Under the pieces are notes generated by a model. The model had not been told where the DNA came from. It searched no databases and saw only the letters and a program-made list of their open reading frames with translations. DNA of 59,575 bases, filler included. It is 3 parts of 3 records of this genome, joined end to end, with 100 filler letters (N's around TTAATTAATTAA, not from the genome) between each part and the next. Parts side by side here need not be neighbours in the genome. Positions count along the whole stretch, not along the records: positions 17,758 to 45,133 come from SRR22947727_845; 2 more parts are not named here. One strand, 5' to 3'. Position numbers and translations under genes: made by a program. This document shows positions 17,658 to 25,755 of this stretch, in pieces (the stretch's first letter is position 1; each line of letters opens with the position of its first letter).

Positions 17658-17757
17658 NNNNNNNNNNNNNNNNNNNNNNNNNNNNNNNNNNNNNNNNNNN
17701 NTTAATTAATTAANNNNNNNNNNNNNNNNNNNNNNNNNNNNNNNNNNNNNNNNNNNN
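17658..17757. other. Artificial contig spacer
   Basis: 44 N + TTAATTAATTAA (stops in all six frames) + 44 N; abrupt GC change across it. Confidence 0.98.
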
Positions 17758-17804
17758 CCGCCCTGTCACGGCGGAGGTCGCGGGTTCAAGTCCCGTCAGG
17801 GTCG
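17758..17804 (+). tRNA. tRNA-Asp(GTC), 5'-truncated
   Basis: Anticodon arm CCGCC-CTGTCAC-GGCGG, T arm GCGGG-TTCAAGT-CCCGT. Confidence 0.88.
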
Positions 17805-17812
17805 CGGTAGCG

Positions 17813-17841
17813 AAAGAGCCTCTCTCACGAGAGGCTCTTTT
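17813..17841 (+). terminator. Hairpin between the tRNA genes (terminator-like or processing signal)
   Basis: Perfect 12-bp stem AAAGAGCCTCTC-tcac-GAGAGGCTCTTT. Confidence 0.6.
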
Positions 17842-17848
17842 CCACCAA

Positions 17849-17921
17849 GGCTCTGTAGCTCAGTTGGTAGAGCGTTCGACTGAAAATCGAAAGGTCACCG
17901 GATCGATGCCGGTCGGAGCCA
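17849..17921 (+). tRNA. tRNA-Phe(GAA), CCA not encoded
   Basis: Acceptor GGCTCTG/CGGAGCC, anticodon arm TTCGA-CTGAAAA-TCGAA, T arm ACCGG-ATCGATG-CCGGT. Confidence 0.92.
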
Positions 17922-17930
17922 CTTCACGAT

Positions 17931-19346
17931 TTAGTCAATCTTGCGCAGCATCCTTCGGGTAGCAATCAGAACGCCCCCGAGAACTGCAGGGATTCCGCCT
18001 CCCGGGTGAACACTCGATCCCACCCGCCACAACCAGGGAGTGAGAGGCGAGTTATAGGCAGGTGTGTGGAAAGGTCCGCTGCGCCACCACGGAGCAGGTG
18101 CGCCATAGAGCGCTCCCCCCACAGCGCCAAACCCGGAAAAGTACTCGGGGTCAAGAATCGTGTAGTCCGTCATGCGCTCGATGATCTCTCGGTCAAGACC
18201 GAGCATGTCCGAAAAACGCCTCGATTCGCTCTTCACGAACTCATCATCAAGCGACGCGGACATTCCGTTGGGCGGAGCGGTGAGCAACAGCGCTGCGACA
18301 GGCTTGTCGTTCGGGTAAATCGTGTTGGCCCGGTAGTAATTCAAGAACGCCATGGTCTGGGAAGGGACCACGCGCTTCCCCAAATCATCGAACAGCTCAG
18401 CGGGACGATCCGGCATCATCACCGAGTGCGTCACGATGTCCTCAGGCAACTCCTCATCCAAGACACCAAAGATCGCCACTCCTGAGCAGGAGAGAACCTT
18501 GGGAGCAGGCGCCTGCTTTCCGAGCAAGCCTTCGAGGATTCCACCATCCAGAGCGCTCACTACATAGTCAGCGTTGTAGGTGGCGCGCTCGGTCGTGACG
18601 AGCCCCTTCCTCACGCTCACCACAGGTTCTCCTGTGTGAATCGTCACCCCTGCGTGGAGGGCAAGGGCTTCCAATCCCTTCGCAATTTCATACACTCCAC
18701 CACGGGGAACAAAGACGCCATCGCTCGACATCACCGCCGCCATGCTGGCGTAGAGAGCAAGAGTCTGATCGGGTGCGACTCCGGCATTAAGAGTGTGAAT
18801 GGCGACAACGTCTTTGACATCGTCGGGCATCCAGGAGAGCGAATCCAGATAGGCCTGAGTCGTCAGTTTCGTCCCATACCTCGAGAGCAAGCGGAGCACG
18901 GCTCCCAAAATTCCGGGGTCTGTCGGATCGGTGGTCAGAAGGTTTGTGATGGCCGGACCAAGCTGACCATTCTCCTTCTCAAACCGCGCCCAGGATTCAT
19001 GCCAGGGGTGTCCGGCTTCCACCGGAAGGTTGGCTTGTTGGTCTTTGAAGTAGTAGCGACCAACCTCCGGCAGCCGCTCGAGAGTGATGCCGGCAATGTC
19101 CCGGGCTTTCTCGGTAGCCGGCCCCACCTCGTCGTAGGTGTCGAGAATCTGCTCCAGAACATCGGGGAAGGTGACGAGCGAGGGGCCAGTATCAATGCGC
19201 TGGCCCGCTACCTCAATACGCCGGCTTTTACCGCCCACCCAGTCTTGGCCTTCGAGAACAGTGACCTGATGTCCTGCCCGAGCCAGCACAGCAGAGGTCG
19301 CAAGGCCACCGAGCCCCGCCCCAATAACGACGATGCGTGAGGTCAC
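17931..19346 (-). CDS. CrtI/CrtD-family carotenoid desaturase
   Basis: VVIGAGLGGL FAD motif, DTGPS, C-terminal VGSSVHPGGGIPAVL; coupled to prenyltransferase. Confidence 0.8.
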   Translation of the reverse strand: MTSRIVVIGAGLGGLATSAVLARAGHQVTVLEGQDWVGGKSRRIEVAGQRIDTGPSLVTFPDVLEQILDTYDEVGPATEKARDIAGITLERLPEVGRYYFKDQQANLPVEAGHPWHESWARFEKENGQLGPAITNLLTTDPTDPGILGAVLRLLSRYGTKLTTQAYLDSLSWMPDDVKDVVAIHTLNAGVAPDQTLALYASMAAVMSSDGVFVPRGGVYEIAKGLEALALHAGVTIHTGEPVVSVRKGLVTTERATYNADYVVSALDGGILEGLLGKQAPAPKVLSCSGVAIFGVLDEELPEDIVTHSVMMPDRPAELFDDLGKRVVPSQTMAFLNYYRANTIYPNDKPVAALLLTAPPNGMSASLDDEFVKSESRRFSDMLGLDREIIERMTDYTILDPEYFSGFGAVGGALYGAPAPWWRSGPFHTPAYNSPLTPWLWRVGSSVHPGGGIPAVLGGVLIATRRMLRKID

Positions 19347-20191
19347 GGTGTCGGGTACAGCCCCAAAGTAAGACCCGCCACCAGCTGCACGCCAGCAACC
19401 GCTCCCGCCACGTAGGGGAACGCGACCGAGTAGCGATAGAGCTTACGTGCGGCCTCAACGGTCGGTTTCCGCCACTGAGCAAAAACAAGCCATCCCGCCA
19501 ACAGTGCATTGACGGCCGCAACAGGAAGATTCACAAAGGCAAACAGCACCGTCGACACAGTCCACCACACACCTGACCAGACAAGGGATCCTCGAACACC
19601 AAAGGCCACCGCCGTCGTGCGAATCCCTGCATCCCGATCTTCGTCAATGTCTTGGATGGCGTCATAGACGTGCTTGGCCATCGACCAGGCCATCAATCCA
19701 ATCGCCGCAGCCCACACCGGGTCAGCCCCCAAGGCGAAGGGAACAAAGACCAACGGGAACGCGTAGTCCGCATTGGAGACGGAATCCAAGATCGGGCGTC
19801 CCTTGAAACGCAGTGGTGTTGCGGAGTACTGCCAGAAGGAGAAGGCGTAGAGAGCCATCCACGCGACGGCTTCCCAGGGCAATGTCACCGCAAAATACGC
19901 AAGGAAGGGGACGTTGGTGAGGATGACACCCCACCCAATCATCCGGGTTTCATGGGGCTTAATCTTGGCGCCACCATAACCACCCTTGCGGTCGTTATCA
20001 GCGTCGGTGTCCTGGTCGTAGATGTCGTTGATCCCATAAATCAACAAATTGAAGGGAAAGGTCACCCAGATCAGGATGGGAATAATCGCCCAAGTCCAGA
20101 GCTCGCCGGCCAACCACATGCCAATGACCGTGGTCCCAATGGTGTTGACCCAGAGAACGGGCCGAGAGATCTCAACGAGGCGGCGAATCAC
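19343..20191 (-). CDS. UbiA-family prenyltransferase, lycopene elongase (CrtEb/LyeJ)-like
   Basis: SRPVLWVNT, YGINDIYDQDTD..NDRKGG, AIQDIDEDRDAG. Confidence 0.78.
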   Translation of the reverse strand: MIRRLVEISRPVLWVNTIGTTVIGMWLAGELWTWAIIPILIWVTFPFNLLIYGINDIYDQDTDADNDRKGGYGGAKIKPHETRMIGWGVILTNVPFLAYFAVTLPWEAVAWMALYAFSFWQYSATPLRFKGRPILDSVSNADYAFPLVFVPFALGADPVWAAAIGLMAWSMAKHVYDAIQDIDEDRDAGIRTTAVAFGVRGSLVWSGVWWTVSTVLFAFVNLPVAAVNALLAGWLVFAQWRKPTVEAARKLYRYSVAFPYVAGAVAGVQLVAGLTLGLYPTP

Positions 20192-20225
20192 CTGATAACT
20201 CTAGCGGGGGCGTCTTTCCCGGCCT

Positions 20226-21014
20226 TTACAGCTTGGGTTTGAGCGGTCCCCGGTGAAGCTTGTGTTGCATAGCCTGAGCAACAGGCTTCATCTGAATCAG
20301 ATCCAGGTTCACATGGGCAGGGGATTCGAGCGCGTATCGAACAACGTCTGCAACATCCTCCGCGACCAGGGGGTTCTCGACCCCGTCATAGAGAGCCTCG
20401 GCGCGTGCGCTGTCGCCACCGAGGCGGTTGAGAGTGAATTCCTCTGTCTTCACCATTCCTGGAGCAATCTCCACGACTCGAAGTGGTTCACCGGAAAGCT
20501 CTAGCCTGAGACCCACGAGCATGGAGTGCACCGCCGCCTTCGCCGCCGTGTATCCAGCACCACCTTCATAACTGAGGAACGCTGCAGTGGACGAAATGGT
20601 GACAATGTCGGCGACACCGAGCTCTGCGGACGCTCTCCGAAGAACCGGCAAGAGCGCCTTAGTCATGCGTTGAACACCCAACACGTTCACGTCAAACATC
20701 CGAGCCCAATCATCAGCCTCGGCCTGGTCGATCCACTCGATGCCCACTGCACCGCCGGCATTATTGACCAACGCAGAAATGCCCCCGGTGGACTCCACGT
20801 ACTCACGCACTGCCTCAACATCGGCATCCTGGGTCACGTCGGCAACCACGACGTCGCATGCGGTGTCCGCGCGAAGCTGCTCCAACCTGTCTGCTCGCCG
20901 CGCAACAGCGATGACAGACCAACCACGCTCCACCAAGAGGCGGACTATCGCTAATCCAATCCCTGAGCTTGCCCCCGTCACGAGGGCGCGCCGAGCAGTC
21001 GTTCTAGCGCTCAC
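20226..21014 (-). CDS. Short-chain dehydrogenase/reductase (YdfG-like)
   Basis: TGASSGIG, VNNAG, YTAAK; start moved to GTG 21014 overlapping the yciI-family stop. Confidence 0.85.
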   Translation of the reverse strand: MSARTTARRALVTGASSGIGLAIVRLLVERGWSVIAVARRADRLEQLRADTACDVVVADVTQDADVEAVREYVESTGGISALVNNAGGAVGIEWIDQAEADDWARMFDVNVLGVQRMTKALLPVLRRASAELGVADIVTISSTAAFLSYEGGAGYTAAKAAVHSMLVGLRLELSGEPLRVVEIAPGMVKTEEFTLNRLGGDSARAEALYDGVENPLVAEDVADVVRYALESPAHVNLDLIQMKPVAQAMQHKLHRGPLKPKL

Positions 21015-21303
21015 TATCGAGGCCCAGAGATCCTGAGGACAGAATCCACTCCACAATCTCGCGCTTCTCAATCAGTCCCAGAGTCCAGAAAGGATCTGGA
21101 TCGAGGACGTTTTCAACCTCGGCAACAGACTCCGCCTGGAACAGCAACAACGCACTGGGGGTCTCGCCACCCTCGGTCCGACCACTCGCAATAAGTCCGC
21201 CCTCACCCAGCAGCGAAGCAATGTATTCGCGGTGCGCAGGACGGTGCTCCGCAATCACCTCCGGCTGATCTGCATACCGGTAGGTGACGGCGTAAATCGG
21301 CAC
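21004..21303 (-). CDS. YciI-family protein
   Basis: HRPAHREY, LIASG, DPFW. Confidence 0.8.
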   Translation of the reverse strand: MPIYAVTYRYADQPEVIAEHRPAHREYIASLLGEGGLIASGRTEGGETPSALLLFQAESVAEVENVLDPDPFWTLGLIEKREIVEWILSSGSLGLDSER

Positions 21304-21313
21304 CGAGACTCTC

Positions 21314-22687
21314 CTAGAGAGCCTTGACGGCGCCCAGGACCTTCGTCAACGTGTCTTTGGCATCACCGAAGAGCAACGTGGTGTTGGGCTCATAGAGCAG
21401 CTCGTTCTCAATACCGGCGAATCCTGGACGCATGGAGCGCTTCAGGAAGACGACCTGCTGAGCGTCTCCGGCGTTGAGAATGGGCATTCCATAAATGGGG
21501 GAGCCCGGCGTGGTCTTGGCTGCCGGGTTCACCACATCGTTTGCTCCCACCACGAGACACACATCTGCTGTCTTGAACTGAGGGTTGACCTCGTCCATTT
21601 CCTGCAGAACCTCGTAGGGCACATTGGCTTCAGCCAAGAGCACGTTCATGTGTCCTGGCATACGACCGGCAACAGGGTGGATACCGAAGACAACTTCGAT
21701 GCCCTTCTCTTCCAAAGCCTTCGCCAACTCATACATGGTGTGCTGTGCCTGGGCAACGGCAAGACCATATCCAGGAACCACGATGACCCGCTGTGCGTAG
21801 CCCAGAAGGATCGCGACGTCCTCAGCGGAACCCGACTTCACGGGACGGTCGGAGACCTCGGTCGAGCCGGCAGTCGATCCTCCCTTGAACGCTCCAAAGA
21901 TGATGTTGTTCACACTGCGACCCATGGCGCTCGCCATAGCTCTGGTCAGGATTGTTCCCGACGCTCCCACGAGTGTTCCTGCGACCAATAGCAAGGTGTT
22001 GTCGAGAACCAGACCCGAGGCAGCAACAGCGAGACCGGTCAAAGCGTTCAGCAACGAAATAACGATGGGGACGTCCGCGCCACCCACAGGAAGAACGAGC
22101 AGAACACCCATCACCAGTCCGACAGCCATCAAGAGACTCGCGACCAGGAAGTTGCTGTCCATGATGACAACAACGGCGCCGGTCACAGCGGCGATGGTAA
22201 GAAGCCCCATGACGTACTGCTGACCCTTGAAGAGGACGGGTCTGGTGGTCATGATTTCCTGAAGCTTCAGGAAAGTAATCACTGAACCGGAGAACGAGAC
22301 ACTTCCTACAAAGATCGTGAAGGCTACCGCGAGCAGGAATCCAAAGGTGTCAGCAGCGAAAAGCTCCAGCAGGGCCACAATTCCTGCGGCTCCACCTCCC
22401 ACACCGTTGAAAAGGGCAACGAGCTGGGGCATCTGGGTCATCTTGACCATGCGCGACGCAGGAATCGAGATGATGGTTCCAATACCAATCACCAGCAAAA
22501 TCCAGCCAATGTTTTTGAGTTCCTCGGCCACGAACACCGTGATGACACCCACCAGCGCACCTACTGCACCGATGATGTTTCCTCGGCGAGCGGACTTGGG
22601 TGATGACAGACCCTTCAGGGCAAGGATGAAGGCAACTGCAGCAAACAGGTAGAGGAGCGCCTCAACCTCTGGCGTAATCAGACTCAT
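21314..22687 (-). CDS. pntB: NAD(P) transhydrogenase beta subunit
   Basis: MTQMPQLVALFNGVGG, GIHPVAGRMPGHMNVLLAEA, GANDVVNPAA. Confidence 0.96.
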   Translation of the reverse strand: MSLITPEVEALLYLFAAVAFILALKGLSSPKSARRGNIIGAVGALVGVITVFVAEELKNIGWILLVIGIGTIISIPASRMVKMTQMPQLVALFNGVGGGAAGIVALLELFAADTFGFLLAVAFTIFVGSVSFSGSVITFLKLQEIMTTRPVLFKGQQYVMGLLTIAAVTGAVVVIMDSNFLVASLLMAVGLVMGVLLVLPVGGADVPIVISLLNALTGLAVAASGLVLDNTLLLVAGTLVGASGTILTRAMASAMGRSVNNIIFGAFKGGSTAGSTEVSDRPVKSGSAEDVAILLGYAQRVIVVPGYGLAVAQAQHTMYELAKALEEKGIEVVFGIHPVAGRMPGHMNVLLAEANVPYEVLQEMDEVNPQFKTADVCLVVGANDVVNPAAKTTPGSPIYGMPILNAGDAQQVVFLKRSMRPGFAGIENELLYEPNTTLLFGDAKDTLTKVLGAVKAL

Positions 22688-22986
22688 CGAGCTTGTCCTT
22701 CCTGGGCCTTCTTCTTGCCAGAGAACATTTCCAGCATGCGGTCGGTGACGACAAAGCCACCCACGAGGTTGACGGTGGCCATCAGCACAGCCAGGAGAGC
22801 TAGAGCAAGCATCCAGGCTGTGTCAGCGTGACCAGCCACGATGATCGAACCCACCAGGATGATGCCGTGAATGGCGTTAGCGCCCGACATCAGGGGGGTG
22901 TGCAGGGTGCTGGACACCTTGGAGACCACCTCGAACCCGACGAACACCGCCAGGACGAAATAGGTGAGAATCTTGATCTCTTCCAT
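22684..22986 (-). CDS. pntA: NAD(P) transhydrogenase alpha subunit, membrane part (alpha2)
   Basis: LHTPLMSGANAIHG, GGFVVTDRMLEMF. Confidence 0.93.
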   Translation of the reverse strand: MEEIKILTYFVLAVFVGFEVVSKVSSTLHTPLMSGANAIHGIILVGSIIVAGHADTAWMLALALLAVLMATVNLVGGFVVTDRMLEMFSGKKKAQEGQAR

Positions 22987-24155
22987 TACTTCTTGCCTTT
23001 CCCTGAGCTCTTTGCAGCCGCGAGAGCTTCTGCTGTGGGCTGGTGACGAATCTCGCCTGCGTGAGTGAGGCAGGCACCAGCGACAACTTCATCCTCAAAG
23101 TCGGGCTGCACTTTCTTAGCCTTGACCATCAGCTCGAGGAGGTTGGAGATGTTCTTGGCGTAGAGGCGTGACGCGTCATAGGCCATAGCGGAGGGGACAT
23201 CCTTCATGCCGACCAGGGTGACACTTCCACCAGACTTCCCCACCTTGACCAAAACGTCAGAGCCAGGCTTGGATCCCTCGACGTTTCCGCCGGTCTCAGC
23301 AGCGAGGTCGATGATGACCGAGCCAGGCTTCATGTCCTTCATCATCTTTGCTGTGATCAACCGAGGAGCCGGGCGACCAGGAATAGCAGCTGTGGTGATG
23401 ATGACATCAGCAGCGGTGACGTAGGGGGTGAGAAGCTCTTGCTGACGCTTCACGCGGTCTGCAGCGAGCTCCTTGGCGTAACCACCAGCACCATCCGCTG
23501 CGACATCGAGGTCGAGTTCGATGAAAGTTCCACCCATGGAGCGAACCTCATCGGCGGAGGCGGATCGGACGTCATAGGCGTTGACCTTTGCTCCCAAGCG
23601 CTTCGCGGTGGCGATGGCTTGGAGGCCTGCAACTCCAGCGCCCAAAACCAACACTGTTGCTGGGGGGACTGTTCCGGCGGCGGTCATGTAGAGGGGGAAG
23701 AAACGCGGCAGTCGCATAGCTGCCTCGAGAACACACCGGTAACCGGCGACCAAAGCCTGCGAGGTGAGTGCGTCCATGGACTGCGCTCGAGAAATACGAG
23801 GAACAAGTTCGAGAGCGAAAGAGGTGACCTTCTGGTCACGCAATGCTGTGACAGCTGCGGTCTCTGAGGCCGGTGAGGCAAGACCAATCGTGATCGCGCC
23901 CTTCTTCAGCTTCTTGATGGTCGCAGGCGCAAGAGGTCGCACGTGCGCGAGGACATCGACTGAGCCGACATTGAGCGTCGGAGCAAGAGTCGCACCTGCC
24001 TCTTTGTAGGCGTCATCGGCATAACCCGCTGCAACACCCGCACCCTTGTGGACCGTGACTTTCAGCCCAGCATTGATGAGCTGCTTCACGGATTCAGGGG
24101 TTGCGGCAACCCTGTTTTCGCCGGAAATGGGCTCTTTCGGAACTCCAACAATCAT
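22986..24155 (-). CDS. pntA: NAD(P) transhydrogenase alpha subunit, NAD-binding part (alpha1)
   Basis: GENRVAATPE, PRISRAQSMDAL, GAGVAGLQAIATA, DLAAETGGN. Confidence 0.95.
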   Translation of the reverse strand: MIVGVPKEPISGENRVAATPESVKQLINAGLKVTVHKGAGVAAGYADDAYKEAGATLAPTLNVGSVDVLAHVRPLAPATIKKLKKGAITIGLASPASETAAVTALRDQKVTSFALELVPRISRAQSMDALTSQALVAGYRCVLEAAMRLPRFFPLYMTAAGTVPPATVLVLGAGVAGLQAIATAKRLGAKVNAYDVRSASADEVRSMGGTFIELDLDVAADGAGGYAKELAADRVKRQQELLTPYVTAADVIITTAAIPGRPAPRLITAKMMKDMKPGSVIIDLAAETGGNVEGSKPGSDVLVKVGKSGGSVTLVGMKDVPSAMAYDASRLYAKNISNLLELMVKAKKVQPDFEDEVVAGACLTHAGEIRHQPTAEALAAAKSSGKGKK

Positions 24156-24236
24156 AAGATTTCACCCTTGTGGTTAGTGACTCCCTTGAGAGGCCTCCTC
24201 AAGGGTGAGCGAGAACAACCGTAGCAGGTCAGAATG

Positions 24237-24443
24237 TCAGTTCGAGCTGTGCTCCAGCTGTTCTTCTTCCGGCGCCGCCGTCTCGTGGTTGCTCCGATAC
24301 TTCGACTTCGTGAACGCGCTTTGATTCTGTAGGAGCAAATACGCGGCGACACCGGCCAGCAGAACAGCAAGTGAACCGAGTCCAATACTCACGCTGATGA
24401 GAAGGGACGAATCAATCTCGGAAGTGCCAGGGGCGGTGTCCAC
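24237..24443 (-). CDS. Small single-TM hypothetical protein
   Basis: One hydrophobic span and charged tail; fills the gap co-directionally. Confidence 0.5.
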   Translation of the reverse strand: MDTAPGTSEIDSSLLISVSIGLGSLAVLLAGVAAYLLLQNQSAFTKSKYRSNHETAAPEEEQLEHSSN

Positions 24444-24476
24444 CCCAAAAGGCTAACAAACTAAATAGAAGTTGGT

Positions 24477-25232
24477 TTAGTTTTCCGGGTGGCCTTTAAT
24501 CACCGAAACAATCGTCCGAAAATGGTTCTCCATCAGGACCTTGACGAGTGCGCTCACTTCACTAATGTTTCGAGCGGGCGCGTGCTCTCCCGCCACCCAG
24601 ACCGACATGCCAAAGATCGACCAGGACACAGTCGGCATCACGCTCAGGAGATAAGGATCACTCAGCAGCTGAGTCCGCGGGTACTTCTCGACCGTGTAGT
24701 CGACGTCAGTCACGGTGTCTCTGCGAACGTCCCGCACCAAAATGGCTAGGCGCGCAAGATTCAATTCAAAAACACGGTTCAACGGTTTTTGGAACTTAGC
24801 GTCAATCTCTGCCGTCACCTCACGGGCTGCGAGAGGGTAGTTCAAAATCGGGCCCCACCCACCCATGGTGAGAGTCTCCGCAATCTGAGCCATCATCCAG
24901 GCTTTGAGGCGAGCCTCGGGCTTTCGAGGAGCGGACACAGCCGCCGCCCACAACTTTTCGACGTATCGCTGGTAGACCATGTAGGCACCTTCAGCGAGGA
25001 GTCCATCCCGATTGCCGAAGTAGTGATTAACCATCGGGTAGGTGATACCTAACCTGTCGCACACGCTGGCGACATTGAACGATGATGGCCCCGCGCTAGC
25101 TACTTCGCCGAAGGTGACATACAAAATCTTGAGTCGCATCGGGGGTTGCGGATCATCCCCATACTCGAGCCAGAACTCATCGGTCAGAAGCGGATCCGGG
25201 TGGGAGACATCGCTCAACTTACGTCTTGCCAT
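24477..25232 (-). CDS. TetR/AcrR-family regulator
   Basis: HTH: FNVASVCDRLGITYPMVNHYFGNRDGLL. Confidence 0.78.
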   Translation of the reverse strand: MARRKLSDVSHPDPLLTDEFWLEYGDDPQPPMRLKILYVTFGEVASAGPSSFNVASVCDRLGITYPMVNHYFGNRDGLLAEGAYMVYQRYVEKLWAAAVSAPRKPEARLKAWMMAQIAETLTMGGWGPILNYPLAAREVTAEIDAKFQKPLNRVFELNLARLAILVRDVRRDTVTDVDYTVEKYPRTQLLSDPYLLSVMPTVSWSIFGMSVWVAGEHAPARNISEVSALVKVLMENHFRTIVSVIKGHPEN

Positions 25233-25289
25233 GACTTCCTCACTTGAAGTGTGTCCCTCTAGGTGGACACCCTGAATCCTAGACCTGTC

Positions 25290-25751
25290 TTATTTCGCGC
25301 TCGTTAGACGAGGGAGGAATCGTCCTGTTCGCGTCGCGTAGGAGGCATAGCCCTCATACTTCTCCGCCAACATTTTCTCTTCGCCTAATGCCTTGATTGT
25401 AAGGACCCCCCACACCAGTACAAACCCCACAATGTGCGCAATCGAGGCTTGAAAGACGAGAACCCCTGCGGCGGCCAAGAGGACTCCCGTATAGATGGGG
25501 TGCCGCACATACTGATAAAAACCAGCGGTAACGAGCTCACCATCCTCTTTGGGAAGAGGAGTCGGAGTGAGGTTGGGGCCCAACCGCAGGCCCGCCAAGA
25601 CCGCGATCGCTGCCCCTGTGGCAACGAGCACTCCGCCCAGGACACTGGTGATGGCGCCCCGTGGCCAGAGATCCCCTGCGGGCAGAATGACCAGGGCTAC
25701 GAGCAGTCCGAACTGAGCACCCACAAGCGCCCAACCGGTGGAAGGAGTCAT
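25290..25751 (-). CDS. Isoprenylcysteine carboxyl methyltransferase / PEMT-family membrane protein
   Basis: LVTAGFYQYVRHPIYTG, EEKML...Y...TGRFLP. Confidence 0.85.
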   Translation of the reverse strand: MTPSTGWALVGAQFGLLVALVILPAGDLWPRGAITSVLGGVLVATGAAIAVLAGLRLGPNLTPTPLPKEDGELVTAGFYQYVRHPIYTGVLLAAAGVLVFQASIAHIVGFVLVWGVLTIKALGEEKMLAEKYEGYASYATRTGRFLPRLTSAK

Positions 25752-25755
25752 CCGC

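Noticed and set aside
17159-17921. Phage integrated at tRNA-Asp of the actinobacterium
   Set aside because: An artificial spacer separates them, there is no integrase or att duplication, and base composition differs sharply.
24455-24477. Imperfect dyad AACAAACT-N7-AGTTGGTT as the TetR operator
   Set aside because: Short, imperfect, and downstream of the regulator; not distinguishable from chance.
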